Shown here piece after piece: positions 30,822 to 40,081 of a stretch of DNA of 64,000 nt; the stretch's first letter is position 1; every line of letters starts with the position of its first letter. Position numbers and translations under genes: made by a program. The notes beneath the pieces are model-generated. The model saw only the letters and a program-made list of their open reading frames with translations, was not told the DNA's origin and did not search any database. Source of the DNA: Gammaproteobacteria bacterium (lineage in GTDB: Bacteria; Pseudomonadota; Gammaproteobacteria; CAJXQU01); assembly GCA_965238175.1 (NCBI GenBank), contig CBDEGZ010000003.1:3040001-3104000 (forward strand). The letters run 5' to 3'.

Positions 30822-32254
30822 ATATTTAACGTCTGTCGATAACGTTACTACTCTAAATCTAAAAAATTTAAAGCATGAACAGTATCACAATAAAATTCAA
30901 ACTTTACAGTTTGGCTGGACTGATTTCGGTCGGTTTAGTTCTATTAACAATAATAGCGATCCATTCCTTCTCAAATATAAAATTTTTAAATAAAAACCTG
31001 GTGCTAGTTCAGTCCAGTAAGGCTGATATGTTAATACTACGCAGAAATGAAAAAGACTTTCTGGCTCGGTTAGATAGTAAATATCAACAAAAATTTAAAA
31101 AGAATTTCGATATTTTAATCGACAAAACCACTAAATTTAAAAAAGATATTAACGTAATCGGCTTAAACAACGAAAAAGAACTCAGCACGCTTATTCAATA
31201 TTTACAAATCTACGAATCATCCTTTAATAAAATCGTTACTCTTTATCAAAAGATAGGGTTAAATCATGAATCAGGTTTGCGTGGTGATCTACGTAAATCA
31301 GTTCATGCTGCTGAAGCATTATTAAAACAATTTAATTCAATTCAACTCACTGTCGATATGTTGATGCTTCGTCGTAATGAAAAAGATTTCATCTTACGAA
31401 AAGATGAAAAGTACCTTAAAAAATTTGAGCGCAACTATGCTCTTTTCAATCAGAATTTGAACGAATCATCCCTCTCTAATAAAAAGAAAAATGATATTGT
31501 CTCGAAAATGAATGTTTATCGTTCTACGTTCAAGAAATTCAGTCAGAATCATATACAACTTGGGCTTACACCTAAAACAGGTCTTCACGGTGAAATGCGT
31601 GCTGCAATCCATAAAACTGAAGATAGCTTTAACACCATAAGTACCGCATTGTCAGATAATCTCGATTCGAAAACTAACTTTATTTATAAAAAATTATTGC
31701 TTATAGTCGGTATTTTTATTGCGCTAATACTGGGCGCCATGATATCCATGTCTCGATCAGTAAATAGACGCCTCGGATATTTACAAGCTCATTTAAATGA
31801 AGTGGTCTTGAAAAAAGGTGATTTATCAGCCTCCATCCAAATTGGTGGTAACGATGAGGTAACTGTAATCAGCCAATTGTTTAATCAATTCTCCGCAAAC
31901 TTAAAAGAAACTTTCAGTAAAATACCTGCACTTTCTGAAACTCTCGAAAAAGAATCAAACCTGAATACAACTATCTCAGAGCAAACATATCAATTGGCTA
32001 TTTCTCAGCAAACTGATTCTCACGAAGTAACAGAAGCAGTCCAACAAATGGTATCTGCTACAGAAGAAATTACTGGTAATATTCATGTTGCAGCCAATTC
32101 TGCTGATGAAGCTAATAAATCCGTACTACAAGGCAAGGCGGCTATTAAGGCGGTTAATTTATCGATAAACTCACTGGCAACTAAATTACAATCCTCAAGC
32201 GGAGTGGCGAAAGAATTAGAAGAAAATACCAATGATATTAATTCAATATTAAAT

Positions 32255-33480
32255 TGTAGAAGTTTAGACCCAATCTGACACATCACTAAATCAAGCGGAG
32301 CGTAGCGACGCTTGATTTAGTGAGAGTTACCCGCTTTGATGTAACTGCAACGTAAACATCAAAACACAAAGAGGTAACTCTCATGATTCATACTAATGAC
32401 AAAGTTATAAAACATAAAGTTGGTCTACTCAATCTCGCTGAAGAACTCGGCAATGTCTCAAAAGCCTGCAAGATGATGGGTTTGTCCAGAGATACATTTT
32501 ATCGCTACAAAGAAGCGGCTGATGAAGGCGGTGTAGAAGCCTTGTTTGATCGTAATCGGCGTACCCCAAATCTTAAAAACAGAATCGACCCGGCTATTGA
32601 AACCGTTGTGCTCGAGTATGCACTGGAAGAGCCCGCACATGGTCAAACGCGCACCAGTAACGAGCTGCGCAAACGGGGAACATTTGTCTCACCCAGTGGC
32701 GTTCGTTGTATCTGGCTTCGTCATGGTCTTGCTTGCTTTAAAGATCGCCTGAAGGCATTGTCTGATAAGGTAGCTGGTGAAGGCTTGATCCTCACTGAGT
32801 CTCAAGTCGCGGCGATGGAACGCAAGAAAGACGACGATGAGGCTTGTGGCGAGATAGAGACGGCACACCCTGGTTATCTTGGCTCGCAAGATACTTACTA
32901 TGTCGGTACTTTCAAAGGCATTGGTCGGGTTTATCAACAAACGTTTGTTGATACTTACAGCAAGGTCGCTCACGCGAAACTGTACCCGACTAAAACACCG
33001 ATTACGGCAGCTGACATGCTCAATGACCGCGTCCTCCCATTCTACGAAGAACAACGTTTGCCTATGTTGCGCATTTTGACAGATAGAGGGACGGAGTATT
33101 GTGGGCGAGCTGACCAGCATGATTATCAGCTTTATATGGCGTTGAACAATATCGAACACACCAAAACCAAGGTCAAATCACCTCAGACGAATGGTATTTG
33201 TGAGCGATTCCATAAGACGATCCTCAATGAGTTTTATCAAGTCGCTTTGCGTAAGAAAATTTACCAATCGATTGATGAACTGCAACTCGACCTTGACGAA
33301 TGGTTGCTCAAATACAATACTCAACGAACTCACCAAGGCAAAATGTGCTGCGGGAGGACGCCGATGGAAACACTCATCGACGGACAAGCTATCTGGAAGG
33401 AAAAGTTTTTGAACTAAACTTAACCTGACAGTCAGTTACAGAAAAAGGGGTAACTGTCAGATCAAGTCTGAATTTCTACA
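32255..33480 (+). mobile_element. IS481-family element, copy 1 (1226 bp)
   Basis: TGT...ACA ends with IRs tgtagaagtttagac / gtctgaatttctaca; 7-bp target duplication ATTAAAT. Confidence 0.95.
32383..33417 (+). CDS. IS481-family DDE transposase
   Basis: [21 protein letters not shown]; rve core [26 protein letters not shown]. Confidence 0.95.
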   Translation: MIHTNDKVIKHKVGLLNLAEELGNVSKACKMMGLSRDTFYRYKEAADEGGVEALFDRNRRTPNLKNRIDPAIETVVLEYALEEPAHGQTRTSNELRKRGTFVSPSGVRCIWLRHGLACFKDRLKALSDKVAGEGLILTESQVAAMERKKDDDEACGEIETAHPGYLGSQDTYYVGTFKGIGRVYQQTFVDTYSKVAHAKLYPTKTPITAADMLNDRVLPFYEEQRLPMLRILTDRGTEYCGRADQHDYQLYMALNNIEHTKTKVKSPQTNGICERFHKTILNEFYQVALRKKIYQSIDELQLDLDEWLLKYNTQRTHQGKMCCGRTPMETLIDGQAIWKEKFLN

Positions 33481-34207
33481 ATTAAATGTAATTCGTGGTA
33501 TTGCCGACCAAACTAATTTACTTGCACTCAATGCCGCCATTGAAGCAGCTAGAGCGGGTGAAAATGGCCGTGGTTTTGCCGTTGTTGCTGATGAAGTAAG
33601 GGCCTTGGCACATCGAACACAGGCGTCAACAACAGAAATACAGTCTTTGGTCGAACATTTTCAGAAAAATGTGAAAAGTACAGTTGATGTCATGCAAGAA
33701 GGCTCAGCAAGTTCCTTGTTGGCTACCGAAGATAGCTCTAATGCAACACAAGCACTTGATGAAATCGGCAAACAGATTTATGACATTTTTCAGTTAAACA
33801 CCAATATCGCAAGCTCTTCAGAAGAACAAGGCGCTATTATAAAGAATATTAATGAGAGTATTCAAAGCATAAATGAGAAAGCAAAAGAAACAGCAACTCA
33901 ATCGAATAAAACAAGTCAGTCAAGCACTCAAATAGAGTCAACAGCTTCCGAACTTCAATCATTAATTGCTACTTATAAATTCTAAACAATTAGGCATTTT
34001 TATATTCCTAATATTCTGATGTCAGGCATTCTACGAAACAGCTATTTCTATTTCCAAGTACGCCAATAACAACGACACATTCAGACATAAAATGCTACTG
34101 ATCTTAAGATCGGCAAATAACCTGATGTGATGGTCTCCTCCCCCTAACGGCATCTAGGTGCCATGATTGAACTGACATACACACAATCAAAAGAGGAGAA
34201 GACCAAA

Positions 34208-35221
34208 ATGAAGACTACAACAATCGGGTTAGACATAGCAAAAAACGTATTTCATGCTGTCTGCTGTAATCAACAAGGGCGTATAATCAAAAAGAAAATG
34301 TTAAAGCGAGCGCAGGTACTCTCCTTTTTTCAATCTCAACCTCCTTGTTTAGTCGCAATAGAATCTTGTGCAACGTCACAGTATTGGGCCCGAGCGATAC
34401 AACAACAGGGACATCAGGTGAAATTACTACCACCTCAGCATGTTAACGCATTTCTAATCGGCAATAAGAATGATTATAACGATGCCTTGGCCATCGCCGT
34501 TGCTGCGAAACAACCTCATTTAAAAAGTGTGGGCATTAAATCAGTTGAGCAACAAGACAACCAGGCACAACATAAAGCAAGAGACTTAGCGGTCAGACAA
34601 AGAACCGCATTATGTAACCAAATGAGAGCGCTTGTTGCAGAATATGGCATTAGCCTTCGTCCCGGCCTAAATACCCTACGTCAATCTATCCCGTTGCTAT
34701 TAAGTGATGAGAACGAACGGTTGTCCGTTACTTTCAAAAGGATACTGCGCCAGCTAAAGGAACAATGGCAATCACTTGATGCCTGTATTGCGACATTTGA
34801 CCAATTGATCATTCAATCGGCAAAAAACAATGCGATTTGCCAACGCTTACAAACTATTCCAGGGTTTGGGCCGATGGTCTCGAGCGCGTATTTTAATGAA
34901 GTGGGAAACGGCGCTCATTATCACAAAGGGCGCGATGTGTCCGCCTCATTAGGACTTGTTCCACGACAGTACAGTAGTGGTGGTAAAGAGGTGCTACTGG
35001 GGATCAGTAAACGCGGCAATAAATACCTTCGTTGTTTGTTAATTCTAGGCGCGAAGGCCGTGGTATCAAGAGCCAAAACGAAAGGCGATAAACTGAGTCA
35101 ATGGATTAATCGTTTAGTTGAGACGCGGGGGCATAATCGAGCGTGTGTGGCGTATGCCAACAAAATGGCAAGAATGGCCTGGGCTATAACGGTTTCTGGT
35201 GATGACTACTCACCGGCCTAA
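34208..35221 (+). CDS. IS110 DEDD recombinase/transposase
   Basis: IGLDIAKNVF, AIESC, KNDYNDA, GLVPRQYSSGGK..L.GISKRGN.YLR; RBS gaggag. Confidence 0.95.
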   Translation: MKTTTIGLDIAKNVFHAVCCNQQGRIIKKKMLKRAQVLSFFQSQPPCLVAIESCATSQYWARAIQQQGHQVKLLPPQHVNAFLIGNKNDYNDALAIAVAAKQPHLKSVGIKSVEQQDNQAQHKARDLAVRQRTALCNQMRALVAEYGISLRPGLNTLRQSIPLLLSDENERLSVTFKRILRQLKEQWQSLDACIATFDQLIIQSAKNNAICQRLQTIPGFGPMVSSAYFNEVGNGAHYHKGRDVSASLGLVPRQYSSGGKEVLLGISKRGNKYLRCLLILGAKAVVSRAKTKGDKLSQWINRLVETRGHNRACVAYANKMARMAWAITVSGDDYSPA

Positions 35222-35224
35222 ATA

Positions 35225-35450
35225 GAGAGAACAAATCATTTCAACGAATTGCGAAGGTAAAACTAAAGATGGCATAACAGGTCAAACCAGCCTATTGAAA
35301 ACCTGTCGAGCTCAGGGGTAACTAATACCGATAACCTGATAAGGAAAATAGGCGCGTAATACATCCAGGTCAGAAGTTGAAAACTTCATTGAAGGCCGTA
35401 TATATGACAGCAATCCTGTCCCTGTTATCTGAATGTTTTATCTTGCAATA
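35225..35450 (+). ncRNA. Predicted bridge RNA / seekRNA of the IS1111 element
   Basis: Contains matches to both strands of the reconstructed target (35306-35316, 35331-35339) and of the donor junction (35361-35365, 35400-35407); gcctatt...aataggc stem. Ends are approximate. Confidence 0.75.
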
Positions 35451-35470
35451 CGGGAGGAGACCATATATGA

Positions 35471-35705
35471 ACTCAAGATTCATGGAGCTTTCCACAGGGA
35501 CTAACCCAGTGATCCGCTCACCACTAAGCGTCCGACCCAAAACAGCTGAATAGATATCCACCGCTGTTCCTAATGGCGTAAATCCGACGCCTAGGTCAAC
35601 TGTCTTCCCAAACTCCCACAGCAGATCCACAAAATTCAATGGATCATTCCCCACATAGGCATACATATTCAACCTATAAGCAATTGGATCCGGTTGTAAA
35701 GATCA
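35471..35705 (-). pseudogene. Rhs core end plus pre-toxin (PT-TG-like) fragment
   Basis: LQPDPIAYRLNMYAYVGNDPLNFVDLL (degenerate Rhs core terminus), then DLGVGFTPLGTAVDIYSAVLGRTLSGERI. Confidence 0.8.
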
Positions 35706-35791
35706 ATTCACTCCGACCCTCTCTGCCCCTGTTGATCCAAGGACGACCAAGATTGAACAAATGTTACTATTAATAACTTGAGGAAGAAGAT

Positions 35792-36214
35792 ATGAAACTT
35801 TGGAATACATGCGAAGGTACTGGTAGCCTTCCAAAAAAAGCAATCGTAATATTCAATGCCTTCGAACAGAAGTTCAATGACTATATTACCGAAAAGAACT
35901 ACGGCAGCGGATTGAAGCAATGGTCGGTCATATTTATTATCGCTGGCGGACCGCTGGATCCAGGCTTTACTGAAAGAACTATGGTAAAGAGAAGCACACA
36001 GAAGATGGATTTTCGCTTGCGGGTAGATTTTGAGGCTTTTAAAAAAGGTAACACACAAAAACGCACTTTTCTAATGTATGATACTTTGCTTCGATCCCTA
36101 GATATTCTCGCGGCAAAGAAGGTCAAAGACTTCGACCTTGACAGTCTAAGAAAAGATTTTGAGGCTTGCGCAGGGCTGAATGGTTGGAATATCGATCCTG
36201 ATGAAACCGTCTGA
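35792..36214 (+). CDS. Putative immunity protein (Imm44-like)
   Basis: 140 aa; NYGSGL..W..IFII...ER.......MDFRLRVDFEAF pattern; RBS gagga; next to the Rhs remnant. Confidence 0.65.
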   Translation: MKLWNTCEGTGSLPKKAIVIFNAFEQKFNDYITEKNYGSGLKQWSVIFIIAGGPLDPGFTERTMVKRSTQKMDFRLRVDFEAFKKGNTQKRTFLMYDTLLRSLDILAAKKVKDFDLDSLRKDFEACAGLNGWNIDPDETV

Positions 36215-36411
36215 AACGTAGGGATTTATGACCAAGTGCATTCGCCCCGCAGGAAACAGTCCAATGTCATCAACTATGATCCTAAAACCAAACAATGACT
36301 CTGGTTGAGAATATCTCGCCAAAGTCACAGACTGATGGCCAGATGAGAGCAAAGTTTTTGACATAAGGGTGCTGCAGAAAGCTAATCATCGATATTTTGG
36401 TACATTAAGTG

Positions 36412-37242
36412 ATGAAAAAAAGAATTGATCTAATGTGGGTTATTGGCAAATTGCCAACACAAAAACAGCTTGCCGACGTTTTTTTCTTGCTATCAAAACA
36501 AGCCGACAGGACGCTGCAATTCGTAAGCACTCAAGATGCTTCGTTTAAGATGCGTGAATTGAGAGCCAAGCAAGGTTATCCCAATTTTTCTATTCCAGAT
36601 AATGCTCACATCCACCTGAGCATTCTTGCTCATGATGTTCCGAAGGGGCAGGATAGAAGATATCCGGACTTTAGCATCCATTTTGTAAGTATAGGGTTAA
36701 AATTTTCCCCACCTTATATATTGCACCTTATCATTGCGGAGAAACATCTATCTGCTTCACTTGATGAGTTCGTTTTTAATTGCAGTGCAATCGTAGCCAA
36801 AAAACTCCGAGTTACTTACGGTTACGGGTTAATTTGTGCATTCCGAGATGACGAGATTGAATATAGTCAGGGATCAACGGGGGTGAGTGAATCTGAAAAT
36901 CCAATGTTCGAAAAACTGGCAAAGGAAGTCAGGAAACTCGAAAATGGAACGTGCTTCCGAAAGATGGCATCTGGAGAGATCCTTCGTTCAGTATATCGTT
37001 GGAATATAACCAATGAGAAACTAAAAAATATCAGCGAATCTTCAGGGGAAGTTACGGTTCGTCAGCTTAACAACGATCTGTTTTTTTGGTTCTTGCCCAA
37101 GGAGAAAAAGGAAATAGTGTTTGATAAATTCAGAGAACTTGGCAAAACAGTTTACACTGAATGGGTTGACTATGAGGACTATGTACCCTGCCGACACTTT
37201 CTAGTTGATGTTGACGATTGGAATGCTATCAACGAGCTTTAG
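36412..37242 (+). CDS. Hypothetical protein (possible orphan immunity protein)
   Basis: ~276-aa ORF with no recognised motif, in the toxin/immunity patch. Confidence 0.65.
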   Translation: MKKRIDLMWVIGKLPTQKQLADVFFLLSKQADRTLQFVSTQDASFKMRELRAKQGYPNFSIPDNAHIHLSILAHDVPKGQDRRYPDFSIHFVSIGLKFSPPYILHLIIAEKHLSASLDEFVFNCSAIVAKKLRVTYGYGLICAFRDDEIEYSQGSTGVSESENPMFEKLAKEVRKLENGTCFRKMASGEILRSVYRWNITNEKLKNISESSGEVTVRQLNNDLFFWFLPKEKKEIVFDKFRELGKTVYTEWVDYEDYVPCRHFLVDVDDWNAINEL

Positions 37243-37666
37243 GCTAACTTGCGGTGCGTGCAGCCTTTTAGAGTCAGGTCTAACGTACGCTATGCTCGAT
37301 CATAAATCGACCGCCCTCAAGAGCGCCATCCCATAACTTAAAAGTCGAGCTTAAAAGAGTATATAAAGACAGTACAATAACTTTCACAAGTGTCCGTAAT
37401 CTCAAATAATGCCCCAATCAATAGAGTCAACTGGTGCTGCAATACATCCGTATTAAGACCAGCCGAGCGCCTTCTCCTGGATATCCAACTTCCGATCAGC
37501 CTGCCCTTGCAGGTCGAGCCGACTGACGCCCATTTCTTTCACGCCAAAGGCGGTGTAGATCGTTCCCATTGATTTCTATCCTATGGTTAGTCCAACTCTC
37601 TAACGACAATCGTTCCCCAAGTTTGGAATTTGGTAGCTAATAATTTTCTCGCAGGAAAGCGGTGCA

Positions 37667-38560
37667 CTAGACTCCATTCAATGCCTGATAAGTGATTCCT
37701 CTAGGCCTGTTTGGATGCGCGGCATCTGGTCCACTTTCGATGACTTCGTAGCCTCGTCCTTCAAAAATATAGTCAGCGATAGCGCGTTCCTGTGCGATCA
37801 TCTCTGATATGTCTTCAATCAAGTCTTCGTAGTCACCGTGCGTATCACCATTTTCTTCGATAGGTCCCTCAGGTGCAAGGGGATAAACATCAGTCAGTAT
37901 ACCGAGATCCTCAACAAGTTCCATGTCATGATTTACCTTTGGCCGCTTGTCCAACTCACAAAACAGGTCAAGATATCTATCTCTTACTTCCTCTTCTTTT
38001 ATTTGGGGATGAATTAGTATTTTCTTCATGGCCATTTCCGGAAACAGTTTCCGAAATATCCCAGGTATGAATAAGCACTCCGATTCGATAATCTCGTCGC
38101 CTGCAAGACAATAGCCATCCTCCATATCAACGAAGGATTCGATAATTTCCACTAAAGGATCGTCATCAACCTCTCTGCCAAGCTTTCGATCAATATCGTA
38201 AGCGCTCAGTTCAAAAAACATTTGAAATTGCAGGCCAGAAAACGCGGCTGTCTTCGCGATTACTTGCTCATTTTTCAAATTGCGTCCTGAAGCAAAATCT
38301 ACTATTGGAGATATGATTATACTTAGCAATCCGAGCGAGTGATACACAGTGAAGAAATGAGAATAATAGTTTCTGCTTGAAATAGAAAATCTTGATATTT
38401 GGTCATTATTCAATACTTCTTTTTCTGTACCAAACAAATTCTTGATTACATCAACCCGATTACATTTTTCGAAAGCCAGTATAACGTCAGTTTCAATGAT
38501 ATATGAGCTAAAGCGATCCTTATCGGCACAACTTACCGGAATTTTCTTTAGTTGTGACAT
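37667..38560 (-). CDS. Acidic hypothetical protein (paralogue A)
   Basis: 297 aa; RBS aggag; shares motifs with the 38701-39624 protein. Confidence 0.8.
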   Translation of the reverse strand: MSQLKKIPVSCADKDRFSSYIIETDVILAFEKCNRVDVIKNLFGTEKEVLNNDQISRFSISSRNYYSHFFTVYHSLGLLSIIISPIVDFASGRNLKNEQVIAKTAAFSGLQFQMFFELSAYDIDRKLGREVDDDPLVEIIESFVDMEDGYCLAGDEIIESECLFIPGIFRKLFPEMAMKKILIHPQIKEEEVRDRYLDLFCELDKRPKVNHDMELVEDLGILTDVYPLAPEGPIEENGDTHGDYEDLIEDISEMIAQERAIADYIFEGRGYEVIESGPDAAHPNRPRGITYQALNGV

Positions 38561-38700
38561 GATCTACTCCTATTGTGAAAAATTAGGATTTCGCCAGATC
38601 AAAGTTTTCCCCGTCCGGTTGTCTAATATGATTAGCTGCGCGGCATTTCTTTTAACTGTACCGTATCACGCGCCTTACGATTCAGTTTTCCAAACTTGTT

Positions 38701-39624
38701 TCAATTTTTCCCTAAGTTTGGAATTTGGTAGCTAATAATTTTCTCTTTGGAAAGCGTATAACTGACTTCCCTCTGGTAGTCTCGCCCCTCAAACAGATAG
38801 TCAACAATCGCTTGCTCCTGCGCAATCAGTTCAGGATTGTCATCAAATTCTGCAAGATTATCAACCTCATCGTAAGTGTCGATATGGTCACCCAAATCAA
38901 AATCAAAGGCATCATAGGGCTCTAAAGTATCCACATAGGCAAATTTACCGACCAAACCTGGGTAACGAGACATCTTTACGGGTAAGTCAACATTTGAGCC
39001 ACCACAATGATCGTAGAGCTCCTGCTTGACCAGGAGTTGACTTTGAATGGAAGGGTAAAATATATCAGTAAGTTCACCCTGGTAAATTATTTCATGCCAA
39101 TAATTTTTATCCGTCAAAAACGCAAAAACAGTGGGACGATAATTTAGTAAAAACTCCAAAAATTCAAATTTCGGTAAATATACATCCCGACGCCGCTCGT
39201 CAATCGTAAGCTTATTCTCGTCGCTAAAGTAATTTAGTGTTAGATTGATATATTTAGTGCCCCGCAACAATTGGCTAGTTGATAACTTGTCTTGGATTGC
39301 TGTTAACTTGTCGTTTGCATCTGGCTTCGATTTATCATCATAATCACACTCAAATTCGTAATCAGAATAGGTGATCAAATCAATTGAACCATGAAACAAG
39401 CCCCCGAAAGAAATTTCAATGTTTTGAGAAATCAGATTTCTGCTTCTAATACAAAAACTTGATACATCTTTTGGATTGAATATATTGCCATCCAACTTAA
39501 ACAGGAGCTTTACAAAAGCGAGTAGGTCCCATTCTCTAACGACAATGTAAAAGTTGTCATCCCCAACTATCCATCCTTGATCCAGGTCGCTGTCGTCAAC
39601 AGTACGAAATTCAATCTGTTGCAT
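38701..39624 (-). CDS. Acidic hypothetical protein (paralogue B)
   Basis: RBS ggag before ATG 39624; ELIAQEQAIVDYLFEGRDY matches EMIAQERAIADYIFEGRGY in paralogue A. Confidence 0.8.
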   Translation of the reverse strand: MQQIEFRTVDDSDLDQGWIVGDDNFYIVVREWDLLAFVKLLFKLDGNIFNPKDVSSFCIRSRNLISQNIEISFGGLFHGSIDLITYSDYEFECDYDDKSKPDANDKLTAIQDKLSTSQLLRGTKYINLTLNYFSDENKLTIDERRRDVYLPKFEFLEFLLNYRPTVFAFLTDKNYWHEIIYQGELTDIFYPSIQSQLLVKQELYDHCGGSNVDLPVKMSRYPGLVGKFAYVDTLEPYDAFDFDLGDHIDTYDEVDNLAEFDDNPELIAQEQAIVDYLFEGRDYQREVSYTLSKEKIISYQIPNLGKN

Positions 39625-39977
39625 TTTGGTCTCCGCTTTATCTGGCCATATTGAAATGCAGTATCCTGCCTGTTCTTTGATCAATCAGGATAACTTGTTT
39701 CATTTTCCCCCAAAGTTTGGAATTTGATCCTGTTTTTCGCAATTCTTGCAAAAATTCGTTTGCATTTTATCATCAGAGACTCGCACTACGAAGGAAATTT
39801 CGAGCTTGCCTATTATTAATTTTATTCGATATATTACCTATCATACTCTGATCACCCTGGCAAAATTCTGACAACTTGTTTTATGGCATTACCATCATCA
39901 GAATAAATTTGAAGTAGAGAATGCATATGATCGAGATATTTAAAAAAGGAAAATTACGTCCTTTAAATGATCAAAAC

Positions 39978-40004
39978 GTAATGATTAATATTTTAAATCA
40001 TTAC
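39978..40004. promoter_or_regulatory. Palindromic operator upstream of katA
   Basis: Perfect 9-9-9 inverted repeat GTAATGATT-aatatttta-AATCATTAC, 77 bp before the start. Confidence 0.55.
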
Positions 40005-40081
40005 CATTTAAACAATTAATTTTATTTATCATACTTTCCTTACTATTATGATTCTTCGAATCCAGCAATGAGGAAGTAGAG

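Larger units (their letters stand above)
29708..30842 (+). promoter_or_regulatory. Sigma-28 (FliA) promoter of the MCP gene, split by IS30
   Basis: Removing IS30 and one ATA copy gives TAAA-ggatatttaacgtct(15 nt)-GTCGATAA, 32 bp before the MCP ATG. The -35 is at 29708-29711 and the -10 at 30835-30842. Confidence 0.75.
30875..33985 (+). pseudogene. Methyl-accepting chemotaxis protein interrupted by IS481
   Basis: TM-sensor (two RRNEKDF repeats)-TM-HAMP-signalling domain. The frame NSILN|[38 protein letters not shown] is restored when the IS and one 7-bp copy are removed. Confidence 0.93.
34123..35470 (+). mobile_element. IS110-family element, IS1111 subgroup
   Basis: Perfect 13-bp subterminal IRs atggtctcctccc (34130-34142) / gggaggagaccat (35452-35464); TGA core at both ends; long non-coding region downstream of the transposase. 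Confidence 0.92.
37613..39726. repeat. Three direct repeats containing AAGTTTGGAATTTG at ~1-1.1 kb spacing
   Basis: 32 bp identical at 37619-37650 and 38714-38745; a shorter third copy at 39713-39726, which also shares aacttgtttca with copy 2. Confidence 0.85.

Noticed and set aside
32458-33412. Small overlapping ORFs repeated in both IS481 copies
   Set aside because: Conserved only because the IS is duplicated; they are alternative frames of the transposase.
35370-35470. C-terminal part of the 100-aa ORF as a toxin domain
   Set aside because: It is read-through into the IS1111 right end, not toxin sequence.
37390-37605. 60-aa ORF, or an IS66-like left end on the minus strand
   Set aside because: Too short and degenerate to assign; probably mobile-element debris.
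37613-39726. Integron cassette array
   Set aside because: The repeats are coding 3' ends without recognisable attC R''/R' boxes, and there is no integrase in the window.
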